A DNA stretch of 62,930 bases, filler included. It is 6 parts of 6 records of this genome, joined end to end, with 100 filler letters (N's around TTAATTAATTAA, not from the genome) between each part and the next. Parts side by side here need not be neighbours in the genome. Positions count along the whole stretch, not along the records: positions 40,956 to 56,254 come from SRR2962707_5119; positions 56,355 to 62,930 come from SRR2962707_5120; 4 more parts are not named here. One strand, 5' to 3'. The position numbers and the translations under genes were made by a program. Below the pieces are notes generated by a model. That model did not search any database. It had not been told where the DNA came from and was given only the letters and a program-made list of their open reading frames with translations. Each line of letters opens with the position of its first letter. The stretch's first letter is position 1. Positions 51,823 to 62,930 of this stretch are shown here, one piece after another.

Positions 51823-52884
51823 ATGTCTATATTATCTACGCCCCTCACCCTTGGTGATTTAAAATTGCCGAACCGCATTATTATGGCTCCGCTCACACGT
51901 GCGCGTGCGGACAATGAAGGCCGTGTACCCAATGACTTAATGGTTGAATATTACCGCCAGCGAGCATCGGCAGGACTTATTTTGACCGAAGCAACAATCG
52001 TAACAGCCATGGGTGCTGGATATGAGCATACGCCGGGTATCTGGTCCGATGAGCAAGTGGCGGGCTGGAGAAAAGTTACGGATGCCGTACACAAAGCAGG
52101 CGGGCTTATCTTCTCACAGCTTTGGCATGTGGGCCGCATTTCAGACCCAAGCCTTTTGGGCGGCGAGCTACCGGTTGCGCCGAGCGCGATCAAACCAGAT
52201 GGCCATGTCAGTCATTTGCGCCCAATGCGCGACTATGTGAAACCGCGCGCTCTCGAACTGCATGAACTTCCAGCGCTCGTTGCCGCATTCAAAAAAGGCG
52301 CGGAAAACGCCAAGAAAGCTGGCTTTGATGGCGTGGAAATTCACGGTGCCAACGGCTATTTGCTTGACCAATTCCTACAAGACAGCACTAATCACCGCAC
52401 AGATGCCTATGGCGGTTCAATTGAAAATCGGGCACGGCTTTTGCTTGAAATTACGGATGCTGTGCTGGAAGTTTGGGACAGCGGCCGTGTCGGCTATCAC
52501 CTTGCGCCGCGCATGGACAGCCATGATATGGGCGATTCCACGCGCGTCGAAACATTTTCATATCTTGCGCGTGAATTGGGCAAACGCAAACTAGCGTTTG
52601 TCTTCACCCGCGAAAGTCTTGGTGACGGCAGCATATCGCCGATATTGAAAAAAGAATTTGGCGGCGTTCTTATCTCCAATCAGGGCATGACGAAAGAAAG
52701 CGCAGAAACGCTTATCAATGAGGGCAAGGCTGACGCGATCGCTTTTGGTCAGAAATTTATCGCCAACCCAGATTTGCCAGCGCGGCTATTAACCGACGCT
52801 GAACTCAATGATCCAGATCCAAGCACATTTTATGGGCAAGGCCCAAAGGGCTATACCGATTATCCATTTATGGAAGCAAAATAG
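51823..52884 (+). CDS. Old yellow enzyme / alkene reductase (NemA/XenB-like)
   Basis: NRIIMAPLTR, YYRQRASAGL, QLWHVGR, EIHGANGYLLDQF, GYTDYP. Confidence 0.92.
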   Translation: MSILSTPLTLGDLKLPNRIIMAPLTRARADNEGRVPNDLMVEYYRQRASAGLILTEATIVTAMGAGYEHTPGIWSDEQVAGWRKVTDAVHKAGGLIFSQLWHVGRISDPSLLGGELPVAPSAIKPDGHVSHLRPMRDYVKPRALELHELPALVAAFKKGAENAKKAGFDGVEIHGANGYLLDQFLQDSTNHRTDAYGGSIENRARLLLEITDAVLEVWDSGRVGYHLAPRMDSHDMGDSTRVETFSYLARELGKRKLAFVFTRESLGDGSISPILKKEFGGVLISNQGMTKESAETLINEGKADAIAFGQKFIANPDLPARLLTDAELNDPDPSTFYGQGPKGYTDYPFMEAK

Positions 52885-52923
52885 GCTTTAGCCTGATCAA
52901 CATTTAAAAAGCGACGACGCAGC

Positions 52924-55900
52924 TTAGCTTGCGTCGCGCAACTCTTCCGCCTGCTGCAGATCAACAGAAACAAGCTGGCTCACGCCCTGCTCTTTCATTG
53001 TCACGCCGAACAGGCGATCCATGCGCGCCATCGTAATAGGATTATGGGTGATGATAACAAAGCGCGTATCGGTCTCGCGGCTCATCTGATCCATCAAATC
53101 ACAGAAGCGTTCAACATTATGGTCATCAAGCGGTGCATCAACCTCGTCGAGCACGCAGATCGGTGCAGGGTTGGTCAAGAATACTGCGAAGATAAGCGCC
53201 ATTGCTGTCAGCGCTTGCTCACCGCCTGAAAGAAGCGTCATTGTTTGCGGCTTTTTGCCCGGCGGACGCGCAACAATTTCTAGTCCCGCTTCTAGCGGAT
53301 CATCGCTTTCCACCAATTGCAGTTCGGCTGTGCCGCCATTGAACAAATGTGTAAATAGCTTTTTGAAATGGCCCTGTACGGCCTCAAAAGCCACCAATAG
53401 GCGCTCGCGGCCTTCTTTGTTTAAAGAAGAAATCGCAGAACGCAGTTCGGCAATTGCTGCGGTCACATCATCACGCTCGACCGTGATTAGGCGGAACCGC
53501 TCGCTTAGCTCATTTTGCTCTTCTTCAGCGCGTAGATTAACCGCGCCAAGGCGTTCGCGCTCAATTTTCAAGCGCTCAAGCTGCCTTTCCGTCGGATCAA
53601 CTTCTGGCAGTGCATCGTCAACCGCCAACCCTGTTTGCGCAAAAGCCTCATGCGGCGCGCAATTGAGCGTTTCTTGAATGCGGTTTTCAATATCGGTGCG
53701 GCGTTCCGCTGATGAGGCCAAGCGCTCTTCTGCGCGGGCACGGCCCTCACGCGAGGTCGATAGATCTTGGATCATCGCCGTTGCGGCTTTATCGGCTTCA
53801 CGTGCCGTTGTTTCGGCGCTTGCTAATGCGTCAGCAGCGGCTTTGCGCTTTGTTTCAGCTGCTTCAATCTCAGAGATAAGCTTGCGATAACGCGCTTCTA
53901 ATTCGCCGGGGCTTTCAGCCAGTTCTTCTAACAGTTTTTGTGTTTCAGCTTCGCGCTCGCGCAAGGTCGCAATATGCGCATCGGCATTGCTGCGGCGCGT
54001 TGTCCAGCTTTCGCGCTCGCTGGCAATCGCACCTAACCGCTGACGGCGGGCGGCGCCTTCACGCGCAAGGCCCTGATGCTCCGCGCGCAATTCAGCCAAG
54101 GCAGCGCGGTCTTGCGCCACCCGTGCCTGAAGGCCATGAATTTTTGCATCAAAAGAGGTGATTTCCGGCTCAGCGGCCAGCGCAACTTCGGCTTCATGCA
54201 ATATGCCGCGGGCTTCTTCAACATCGGCGCGAATGCGGCCAATCGATTCATCAAGCACCGCGCGGCGGCGCGATAATTCACCCGATGAGCGCTCAGCGGC
54301 AGCCAGTTCATCGCGGGCTTGTCGTGCCTGATTTTGTTTTTCACGCACGGCATCACGCGCTGTATTTTGCGTGGTCACCGCCTGCGCTGTCGCCGTTTCG
54401 GCTGCTTGAACCTTTTCTTCAACGCCGGCTTTCGCCTTGGTTGCCGCAATAATTTCAGCGTCTAATTCTGCAAGACGGTTTTTCTGCGCAAGGCGCTGTG
54501 CTGCAGCGGTGGGTGCATCGGCGGCAGCGCGATATCCATCCCAGCGCCATAAATCGCCATCTTTCGTGACAAGGCGCTGGCCCGTTTTCAGCGAACCGCA
54601 CAATCGATCGCCTGCGGCCTTATCACCGACAATACCAATCTGGCTTAGGCGGCGAAGCAGCACATCTGCGCCCGTCACATGGGTCGCTAGCGCTTCTGCA
54701 CCATTAGGCAGCGCCGGATCATCGATCAGTTTTTCAGCGCCAGCAAAATACACAGCAGCGCTGTTGTCCGTCGGCACATCAAGATCATCACCAAGGGCTG
54801 CGCCCAAAGCTGTCTCGAACCCTTTGGCCACTTTCAAGCGTTCAATCACAGCGGGGAACAAATCTGCACCACCGGCATTGAGCAAGCTGGCAATGGTGCG
54901 TGCTTCAGCTTCAAGCGTATTGAGCGATTCACGCGCCGCGCTTAAATCTGGACGCAAGGCCGTTTCGGTTGCGCGTGCTTGTGTGACATTGGCTTCAGCT
55001 TTGGTGACATCAAGTTCGGCGCTGGCAATGGCGCTTTCAGCCAATTCAACGAGTTTTTGTTTTTCTGCAGGGTCCGGCAGACCCGCAATTTTCTCGTTTA
55101 AGCCAGTTAATTCAGTTTCAACTTTAAGCTTTTGATCTTCAAGACGTTTTGCGCGGTCAGAAGTTTCTGAAATACGGCGTTGAAGCTGCGTGCGGAGCGC
55201 TTGCGCCTCGGCGCGTTCTGCCGTTAGTTTCGATAGTTCTTCTTCAGATATTGCAGATGCATTGGCTGCAGCTTCAACCTTAGAAGCAAGGCTTGCTTCG
55301 CGCTCTTCTGCGCCTTCTTCGGCGGCTTTTAACTGACCTTCTTCACTATCAAGGCGCAGCAAAATATCCGCATTTTCGGCGATCAGTTTTTCTTCACGCG
55401 CAATATCTTGGCTAAGCTGCGTGATGCGCTGTTCATATTCTGCTTTGCGTGCGCGCAGGCGTCCTGCCTCTGCATCAAGCTGATCGCGGGCAATGGTAAG
55501 GCGCTGCAATGTGGCCGCAGCGACTGCTTCTGCCTCCCGTAGTGGCGGCAGGCCTTTTTGCGCAATAGCTTGCAGACGCGCTGCTTCCATTTGCATTTGC
55601 GCACGCTCGGCAACTTCATTGGTTGCGGCAGAAAGATTGGATTGGTTTTCAGCTTCTGCGGCTTTCGCCTGCAGCCATTTAAGATGCAGCAGTGTTGCTT
55701 CGGCTTGGCGAATATCGCGAGACAAAGCGCGAAAGCGATTGGCCTGACGGGCCTGACGCTTCAGGCTTTCGATCTGGCTTTCAAGTTCAGAGGTCACATC
55801 GTCAAGGCGCTCAAGATTGGTCTCAGCGCCGCGCAGGCGCAGCTCTGCCTCATGGCGGCGTGAATAAAGGCCAGAGATGCCTGCGGCCTCCTCAAGCAGC

Positions 55901-56254
55901 GCACGGCGGGCCTGCGGCTTTGCTTGGATGAGTTCGCCGATGCGGCCCTGCCCCACCATGGATGGTGAACGAGCGCCGGTTGATTGATCCGCAAAGAGAA
56001 GTTGCACGTCTTTGGCGCGGGCATCCTTGCCATTGATGCGGTAGGCAGAACCATTTTCGCGCTCAATACGGCGCGTTACCTGCAACAGCTCGCTGTTGTT
56101 AAATGCGGCTGGTGCTGTGCGGTCTTCATTGTTTAGGAAAAGTGCGACTTCGGCGGTGTTGCGCGCTGGGCGCGTGCCGGAGCCAGAAAAGATAACATCG
56201 TCCATGCCCGATGCGCGCATGTTTTTGTATGAGCTTTCGCCCATGACCCAGCGC
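52924..56254 (-). CDS. smc: Chromosome segregation protein SMC, 5' truncated
   Basis: WVMGESS.KNMR..MDDVIFSG, long coiled-coils with hinge, LLSGGEQAL, VLDEVDAPLDD, ITHN. Confidence 0.96.
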
Positions 56255-56354
56255 NNNNNNNNNNNNNNNNNNNNNNNNNNNNNNNNNNNNNNNNNNNNTT
56301 AATTAATTAANNNNNNNNNNNNNNNNNNNNNNNNNNNNNNNNNNNNNNNNNNNN
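56255..56354. other. Artificial contig linker
   Basis: Same spacer. Confidence 0.98.
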
Positions 56355-56417
56355 CAAGTCACTTGGTTATATGAATCAAACGATATTATCGCTTACTTAA
56401 ATAAAGCGGCAGCTTAA
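56355..56417 (+). CDS. 3' end of a glutaredoxin/GST N-terminal domain protein
   Basis: Translates QVTWLYESNDIIAYLNKAAA*, the ES.DII.YL motif. Confidence 0.7.
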   Translation, partial: QVTWLYESNDIIAYLNKAAA

Positions 56418-56492
56418 TATTCATTTTGAAAGTGCATTTGCTATGTTAGCATTTAGCGCATATTTTATTGTCCATTGAAAGAGAACATAACC

Positions 56493-57977
56493 ATGACAAT
56501 CCGTACTCGTGTTGCGCCGTCACCTACTGGTGACCCGCACCTTGGCACCGCTTATATCGCCTTATTCAACTATTGTTTTGCTAAGCAACAAGGTGGTGAA
56601 TTTGTCCTTCGTATTGAAGACACCGACCAAGTGCGTAGCACACCAGAATCAGAGCAAGCGATCATGGATAGCTTACGTTGGTTAGGGCTTGAGTGGGATC
56701 ATGGTCCTGATGTGGGTGGTGAGTTTGGCCCGTACCGTCAGTCAGAGCGTAGCGACTTATATAAAAAATATGCTCATCAACTTGTTGATGATGGCAAGGC
56801 GTTTTATTGTTTCGCCACGAGTGAAGAACTAGATCAAATGCGTGAAGAGCAGATGGCGGAAGGTCTGCGCCCTAAGTACGATGGCCGCGGTTTAAAACTG
56901 AGCGATGACGAAGTTAAAGCAAACTTAGCCGCTGGTAAGCCTTATGTTATTCGTATGAATATTCCAGCTGAAGGCACATTTAAATTTAACGATTACTTAC
57001 GTGGCGAAATTGAGATCCCGTGGGAAAACGTAGACATGCAAGTGCTGTTAAAAGCTGACGGTTTCCCAACCTACTTCTTAGCCAATGTGGTTGATGATCA
57101 CCATATGGAAATTAGCCATATTTTCCGTGGTGAAGAGTGGATCAACTCAGCACCTAAACTATTAAAATTATATGAAGATTTCGGCTGGCAAGCGCCAGAA
57201 TTAGGGCACTTACCATTATTACGTAACCCTGATAAATCAAAGCTTTCTAAACGTAAAAACCCAACCTCTATAAATTACTATAAAGAAATGGGTTACTTGC
57301 CAGAAGCGGTGCTTAACTATTTAGGCCGCATGGGCTGGTCAATGCCAGATGAGCGTGAAAAGTTCACCCTTGCTGAAATGATTGAACACTTTGATATGAA
57401 ACGTGTATCACTCGGTGGTCCAGTATTTGATGTTGATAAACTAAGCTGGTTAAACGGCATGTGGATCCGCGAAAACTTCTCTGATGCAGAGTTGATCCAA
57501 CGCTTTGTAGATTGGAAATTTAATGGTGCAATGTTGGCTAAGGTGTTACCTGAAGCGAAAACGCGCATTAATACTTTATCAGACATGGTTGATTTAGCAG
57601 GGCATTTTGTTGGTGGTATACCAACTTACGATCCGGCCCTATTAACTGCTGGAAAAGCCGATGAAGATGTAATCCGTCAAGCTTTACAGTTCTTTATATG
57701 GCAGCTTGAAGGCTTACGTAGTTGGCAAAAACCAGAAATATTTGCCGTTGCAAAAGCAGTAGCAACTTTCCATGAGTTAAAGATCAAAGACTTTTTAGAG
57801 CCAATTTTCGTGGCCATTACGGGAAAAACGTCTTCAACATCAGTACTTGATGCCATGGAGATTTTAGGCTCAGATTTATCCCGTGCTCGCTTACGTGTAG
57901 CGCTTGCGCACTTAGGTATTTCTAAAAAGCAGGCAAAAAATATTGAACGTGCGTACCGCGAATATCCAGCTGCATAA
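56493..57977 (+). CDS. gltX: Glutamate--tRNA ligase
   Basis: [15 protein letters not shown] (HIGH-type), LRIEDTD, RGEEW, KLSKR; start ATG 56493. Confidence 0.96.
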   Translation: MTIRTRVAPSPTGDPHLGTAYIALFNYCFAKQQGGEFVLRIEDTDQVRSTPESEQAIMDSLRWLGLEWDHGPDVGGEFGPYRQSERSDLYKKYAHQLVDDGKAFYCFATSEELDQMREEQMAEGLRPKYDGRGLKLSDDEVKANLAAGKPYVIRMNIPAEGTFKFNDYLRGEIEIPWENVDMQVLLKADGFPTYFLANVVDDHHMEISHIFRGEEWINSAPKLLKLYEDFGWQAPELGHLPLLRNPDKSKLSKRKNPTSINYYKEMGYLPEAVLNYLGRMGWSMPDEREKFTLAEMIEHFDMKRVSLGGPVFDVDKLSWLNGMWIRENFSDAELIQRFVDWKFNGAMLAKVLPEAKTRINTLSDMVDLAGHFVGGIPTYDPALLTAGKADEDVIRQALQFFIWQLEGLRSWQKPEIFAVAKAVATFHELKIKDFLEPIFVAITGKTSSTSVLDAMEILGSDLSRARLRVALAHLGISKKQAKNIERAYREYPAA

Positions 57978-57999
57978 ATCCTCGTTTTAAACCGTTTCT

Positions 58000-58037
58000 A
58001 AAAACCGAATGTTGCATTGTCAATGTTCGGTTTTTTT
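58000..58037 (+). terminator. Rho-independent terminator after gltX
   Basis: AAAAACCGAATGTTG-loop-CAATGTTCGGTTTTTTT. Confidence 0.85.
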
Positions 58038-58399
58038 ATGGTTATTTATTAAAATAGCTGCCTTGTCAGTTGTTGCTGTTAAGCAAATCAAAAATTAAAC
58101 AGCTATTTGCAATAAATATGCGTTTTACTGTGCGCTTGATTGAATTTTATATTCTTGATGTTGTTTTTTTTATATATGTATTATTCTTCTGTGTGTTTGC
58201 TAAATTATTGATTTTTTAGCTACCTTGCGGGTTTTTAACTGTTTAAGGTGTTTTTGTTGTTAACTATGTGTACAAAATGCTACATGAAGTTGAATTATTT
58301 ATGAGCTCCTTTGTGGTTGAATAAGTCTATTAAGTTGAAATGGATATTCATGCTTATTGAATAATTATTTTTTCTTTTACAATCACTCAGGGGAAATGT

Positions 58400-61300
58400 A
58401 TGAAACTTAAAATTGTTGCGGTTGCTGTTGCAACCGCTATTTGTAGTGCAGGGGCATTGCAAGCTGCGAATATTAAAACAGTGGGTGAAAACACGCTGCA
58501 AGCACCTAATACTACAGCGGCTGAAATCCAAGCGTTAACGAATAAGATCTTAACGCAAGATTCAGCAACAATGTTTAAAAACAATGGCTTAAATGTACAA
58601 ATCAACGCACAACAAGGTAAGTTCCAAGAAGAAGGCCTAGATGGCGAGCATGTTTATATTGTTAAGCTTAAAGGCAACTCAGTTGCACTAGAAGCGCAAA
58701 CATTTGACTCATCATTAGCGCGCACTATGCGCACGCAAGGTGTTACTAAAATATTTGAAAAAGGCCGAGCATCAACGCCTGCTGTTGTTGAGTACCAAAA
58801 TAAATTAATAACAACACAACAGTCAGTAATGCAAAGTGTAACGGCTAGAACAGGGCGTACAGAAATGCGTCGTCAGTTTACTAAAGCGCTGAATGGTTTC
58901 TCAGTAAAAATGACTGAAAGTGAAGCAATGCGTGTTGCTGAACTTGGCACGGTTGCATCTGTGATGCGTTCAAAATTATATGATTTATTGTCTGACGAAG
59001 GGCCTACACATATTGGCGCGGATCAGGTGTGGGATGGCACGAGCGTGCCAAGTGGTATTAACGGTAAAGGTGAAGGCCAAATCGTTGGTATTATAGATAC
59101 TGGTATCAATTCAGATCATCCTTCATTTGCTGCTGTAGGCGCTGATGGTTATAGCCATGTTAATCCATTTGGCGAAGGCAATTATGTTGGTGACTGTGTT
59201 GAAGAGCCTGATGAAGTGCAGTGTAATAGCAAACTGATAGGTGTGCGTTCATATGATGTGGTGACTGATTCATATTCAGCAATGATCCCAGGTTGGCCTG
59301 CAATTGGTGAAGATTATGGCGGTCATGGTTCACACGTAGCATCAACAGCAGCAGGTAATGTGCTTTATGATGTACCATACATGATTGCCGGCACCGGCGA
59401 CGAAATGGATGGTAAAGTCCTTAAAGATGGGCTATTCCCGCAAATCTCAGGTGTTGCACCGCATGCTAATATTATTTCATATCAGGTATGTTATCCAAGC
59501 AGTACAGAGTATTCAGGTTGTCCAGGTGAGGCGTTAGTTGCAGGTATTGAAGATGCGATTGCCGATGGTGTTGATGTAATTAACTTCTCGATTGGTGGTG
59601 CTGATTCAAACATTTGGGCTGATCCAGTACAACTAGCCTTCTTAGCTGCTCGTGAAGCAGGTATTAACGTTGCAGCAGCAGCGGGTAATAGTGGTCAAGC
59701 GTGTGGTGGTGCAGAATGTTTTGGTTATTTAGATAACTCATCACCTTGGCTTGCACAAGTAGCTGCGACAACGCACGGACGTAGTATCGTGGTTGAAACG
59801 GCGATTGAACATGCGGGCTTTATTGCTCCTGAGCTTGGTTCAGAAGTACCTGATTGGTCAGAAACAGGCCTTATTGGCGGCGCAATCAATAACGAAGAAA
59901 TCACCGGTGTGGTTGTTTGGGCTAAAGATTACCAAGATGTAAATGGCGAAACTGACAGTAAAGGATATTGTACTGCCGATTTCCCAGAAGCAACATTTAA
60001 CTTCTATAAAGATGGCACAGAAATAGCTGGCGCGGCTGATGGTAGCACTAATGTAATTGTTATTTGTCAGCGACACATACCAACAGATCCAGAGGCGAAT
60101 GCGCGTACTGCAAAAATCGATCATATTAAAGCCGGTGGTGCTGATGGCTACATTATGTTTAATGAAGATAAAGCTCAAACGACCGTTCCTGAAGCTTATT
60201 CATTACCTGGCGTCCATTTTACCTATGACCAGTGGAATGGAGTATTCCCAGACGAAGGGTTAGAAGATTGGGTTGATAGCTCAAGTGAAAAAGGTCATAT
60301 GATCACCATTAAACCAACCGTGATTGAGCGCCGCATTAATGAAGAAGACGCGGATTGGTTAGCACCGTTCTCATCTCGTGGCCCTTCATATTCAAATATT
60401 GATATTTTAGCGCCAGCGGTTGCTGCGCCAGGTGTTAATATTTATGCCGCTTATTCTGATGAGCAAGTATTTGCTGCAGTGCCAAATGGCCAAGATTTTG
60501 CGTCAATCAGTGGTACATCTATGGCGTCACCACATGTTGCAGGTTCGATGACGTTATTACGTCAAATTCACCCAACATGGACTGCAACAGAGATCCAATC
60601 TGCACTATTAATGACGGCAGACAATGTTGTTAAATATCGCCGTCTAAATAGCGCGACCGGCAATGTAGATATCGCCGAAGTATACCGTGCAGGCACGGGC
60701 CGTATCAATGTTGCAAGCGCTGCAAAAGCAGGCTTTGTAATGGATGAAACGGCTGATAACTTCCTTGCTGCAGATCCAGCAAATGGTGGCACGCCGCATA
60801 AACTGAATATGCCAAACCTGGTTAACTTCTCGTGTAAACCTGAGTGTCAATGGGTTCGTACTATCAAGGCTACTGAAGATGGCACCTGGAATGTGACACA
60901 CGGTGATGTTGTTAACTGGAACTTAGACATGAATAACCAGGCAGCGCAAAACGGTGTCAATATTGAGGTTATCCCTAGTACATTTAGCTTAAAAGCAGGC
61001 GAGACACAAACCATCATTGTTAAAGCGTCAATCATGGATACGCAAGATGTTGCCAGCAACGCTGAAGTTGAACTGCATACTAACTTGATGTTTGAATCAG
61101 ATAACGCTGAGCTAGCAGACGCGCATTGGCCATTAGTATTTAAATATGAACGCGGTGATTTACCATCATCAATGCAAGTTGATGTTCATAGCGAGCAAGG
61201 TCAATATATTGCAAAAGGTCTACAGTTACCTAATACAGAAGCTCCAGTCGCGAGAGCATATCAGCCTGTTAAGGCAGATGTTAAAACACTTACGCTGCCT

Positions 61301-62930
61301 AAAGATGATGATAGAACTTTCCCTTGGCAATTAGGTGCGGCTGAAGGTGATTTCCCAGCAGAAGAGCTTTTAGATGAAGCCGTTTATACTCAGTTTAATC
61401 AAGTTCCAGCTAACACTAAGCGCTTTACTGTTGAAGTCTTAGATATAGAGTCTGAGCTTGAAGGGACTACATACCGGGGCAACGCGATTCTTTTTGTCGG
61501 TAAAGACTACAATGGTGATGGTATTATTCAGCCACAAGACGAAATATTATGTGCTTCAACCGCGCCAATAATAAAGAACTTCTGTAATATCAATAACCCA
61601 GAAGAAGGTAACTATTGGACTATTGTTTACAATGATCGTGAGTTGGGTTATGTAGGGGTAGAAGAAACATTTGAAGTTGCGTTTGCTACGGTAACAGACG
61701 AGGTCGCGAGTAACCTTAATGTATCACTGCCTGCTAGTAACGGGACTACACCAGCCAATATGACCCTTAATTGGGATATGGCAATGGATCAAGGTGATGT
61801 TTACTATTCACTTATCGATGTTGGTACTTCAGCAGTTAACCCTGACAACATTGGCACTATTCCACTGCGTTTAGACCGTGGCAATGATGTTGTACACTTA
61901 GATGCACCAGTTGAGAAAGCGAAAGTGGGTGAAAAAATCCCATTAACTTTTGAAGTCTTAGCTAATAACTCAGGGTATGACCGTGATTACTCGTTTGAGT
62001 TAAGCATTCCTAAAGGCTTAAGTGTTAGCCGCGACTCAGTACTTAGTTCGACTGACGAAGGTGTTAATATTGAAGTTACTGACGACAAAATAATTGTCAG
62101 TGGGTTGCAAAAAGATACCCGTGATATTGCAGCGGATTATATTGTAACGGATAACATCACTGATGAGATGTGTCGCCTACCAGACTTTGGTAACAGTAAT
62201 CCAGGGGGTTATGTAAGCCTTTCTGAGTTTGGTATTTCGCCAATGCTGTCGGGCTTTACAGATACGGGGTTATCTAACTACCGTATGGGTCATTTTATCT
62301 CAATCGATACATTGTTTAATGGTCAGTATGATTCGTATGCACTATATAACAATGATGGTGTATCAAATGTTTCTACAGGTCATCTTGAAATAAAAGGTAT
62401 GGGTGCAGTTGGTCCTGTTCCAGCGCGTTTAATTCAGCCTCAACATGTGCAATTCCCAACAGAATTTTATCCACCAGAAATCCTTGCGCCATTATGGCGT
62501 GGCTACTATAACACCGACTCTGGAACGCTAAAGGATGAGTTATCGGTTGGCTTATCGGCTAATGAAGGTATCTCACTAGCAACAACGTCATCAGGCTGGG
62601 CTGTTATTGAGTGGGATAACGCTTCTGATTATGGTAATGGTAATTATGATCGGGATAGCGGTAAGTATACGTATGATAAGCGTGATAACAGTTTTGACTT
62701 TGAAGTAATATTTAATGTTAATACGCGCTTTGGGGAAAATGAGCACGAAATTTACTATGCTTACGATAATATTGACTTTGGTAGCACTGGACCGCAAGGC
62801 AGTATTGGCTTGCAAGGCTATAAAGGCTTAGTTGGTACATTTGGTGCTTTAGATGGCCCATTGGCTGTTGATATTGCGTATAACAACTTAGATGAAGTTG
62901 TAAAAGACGACTACATCATTTGTATGGATT
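58400..62930 (+). CDS. Large secreted S8 subtilase (I9 propeptide, S8 with PA-like insert, C-terminal beta domains), 3' truncated
   Basis: Absent from the ORF track because no stop falls in the window. MKLKIVAVAVATAIC signal, YIVKLK and LNGFSV (I9), triad IIDTG (D at 59096), HGSHVASTAAG (H at 59324), GTSMASPHVAG (S at 60518), AAAGNSG, FSSRGP. Confidence 0.93.
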   Translation, partial: MKLKIVAVAVATAICSAGALQAANIKTVGENTLQAPNTTAAEIQALTNKILTQDSATMFKNNGLNVQINAQQGKFQEEGLDGEHVYIVKLKGNSVALEAQTFDSSLARTMRTQGVTKIFEKGRASTPAVVEYQNKLITTQQSVMQSVTARTGRTEMRRQFTKALNGFSVKMTESEAMRVAELGTVASVMRSKLYDLLSDEGPTHIGADQVWDGTSVPSGINGKGEGQIVGIIDTGINSDHPSFAAVGADGYSHVNPFGEGNYVGDCVEEPDEVQCNSKLIGVRSYDVVTDSYSAMIPGWPAIGEDYGGHGSHVASTAAGNVLYDVPYMIAGTGDEMDGKVLKDGLFPQISGVAPHANIISYQVCYPSSTEYSGCPGEALVAGIEDAIADGVDVINFSIGGADSNIWADPVQLAFLAAREAGINVAAAAGNSGQACGGAECFGYLDNSSPWLAQVAATTHGRSIVVETAIEHAGFIAPELGSEVPDWSETGLIGGAINNEEITGVVVWAKDYQDVNGETDSKGYCTADFPEATFNFYKDGTEIAGAADGSTNVIVICQRHIPTDPEANARTAKIDHIKAGGADGYIMFNEDKAQTTVPEAYSLPGVHFTYDQWNGVFPDEGLEDWVDSSSEKGHMITIKPTVIERRINEEDADWLAPFSSRGPSYSNIDILAPAVAAPGVNIYAAYSDEQVFAAVPNGQDFASISGTSMASPHVAGSMTLLRQIHPTWTATEIQSALLMTADNVVKYRRLNSATGNVDIAEVYRAGTGRINVASAAKAGFVMDETADNFLAADPANGGTPHKLNMPNLVNFSCKPECQWVRTIKATEDGTWNVTHGDVVNWNLDMNNQAAQNGVNIEVIPSTFSLKAGETQTIIVKASIMDTQDVASNAEVELHTNLMFESDNAELADAHWPLVFKYERGDLPSSMQVDVHSEQGQYIAKGLQLPNTEAPVARAYQPVKADVKTLTLPKDDDRTFPWQLGAAEGDFPAEELLDEAVYTQFNQVPANTKRFTVEVLDIESELEGTTYRGNAILFVGKDYNGDGIIQPQDEILCASTAPIIKNFCNINNPEEGNYWTIVYNDRELGYVGVEETFEVAFATVTDEVASNLNVSLPASNGTTPANMTLNWDMAMDQGDVYYSLIDVGTSAVNPDNIGTIPLRLDRGNDVVHLDAPVEKAKVGEKIPLTFEVLANNSGYDRDYSFELSIPKGLSVSRDSVLSSTDEGVNIEVTDDKIIVSGLQKDTRDIAADYIVTDNITDEMCRLPDFGNSNPGGYVSLSEFGISPMLSGFTDTGLSNYRMGHFISIDTLFNGQYDSYALYNNDGVSNVSTGHLEIKGMGAVGPVPARLIQPQHVQFPTEFYPPEILAPLWRGYYNTDSGTLKDELSVGLSANEGISLATTSSGWAVIEWDNASDYGNGNYDRDSGKYTYDKRDNSFDFEVIFNVNTRFGENEHEIYYAYDNIDFGSTGPQGSIGLQGYKGLVGTFGALDGPLAVDIAYNNLDEVVKDDYIICMD

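Noticed and set aside
48925-55931. Multiple + strand ORFs over ppdK and smc
   Set aside because: Antisense shadows of long GC-balanced genes.
58295-62815. Short ORFs listed in the last 4.5 kb
   Set aside because: Artefacts overlapping the single subtilase frame.
1-62930. CRISPR arrays, transposases, integrases, rRNA, defence systems
   Set aside because: No repeat-spacer array or diagnostic motifs were seen by eye.

Overview
This window is not one genome. It is six unrelated contigs joined by five artificial 100-nt linkers (N-run + TTAATTAATTAA + N-run). (1) 1-8575, marine Bacteroidota (Cytophagales-like): transaldolase, FtsE-like ATPase, saccharopine dehydrogenase-like enzyme, LDH/MDH-family enzyme, S10 and DUF2268 peptidases. 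(2) 8676-15603, Rhodospirillales-like alphaproteobacterium (Thalassospira-like): DUF4139 protein, orphan fliW, membrane class III cyclase + Crp pair, TRAP DctP. (3) 15704-24511, an intron-rich microbial eukaryote: a spliced EBP/EXPERA gene and a large spliced Trf4/TENT4-like non-canonical poly(A) polymerase gene with an F-box-like motif. Neither is visible as such in the ORF track. (4) 24612-40855, Marinomonas-like gammaproteobacterium: aldB/AraC, folM-folE, Pho-box-preceded PAP2 + glycosyltransferase, pldA, Fur-box-flanked fes-entS and TonB receptor. (5) 40956-56254, Rhizobiales-like: cysQ-cysD-cysN, tRNA-Gln, Wzz-like protein, DUF2793 tail-fibre-like gene pair, divergent ppdK, OYE, smc. (6) 56355-62930, Colwellia/Alteromonadales-like: gltX and a >1500-codon subtilase missed by the ORF track. 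Best leads: a GGA-rich, structured candidate Csr/Rsm-type sRNA beside fliW; the F-box + nucleotidyltransferase fusion; an orphan GTA/phage tail-fibre module; and a PPDK lacking its catalytic Cys. Taxonomic and family calls come from recalled motifs, not database searches.
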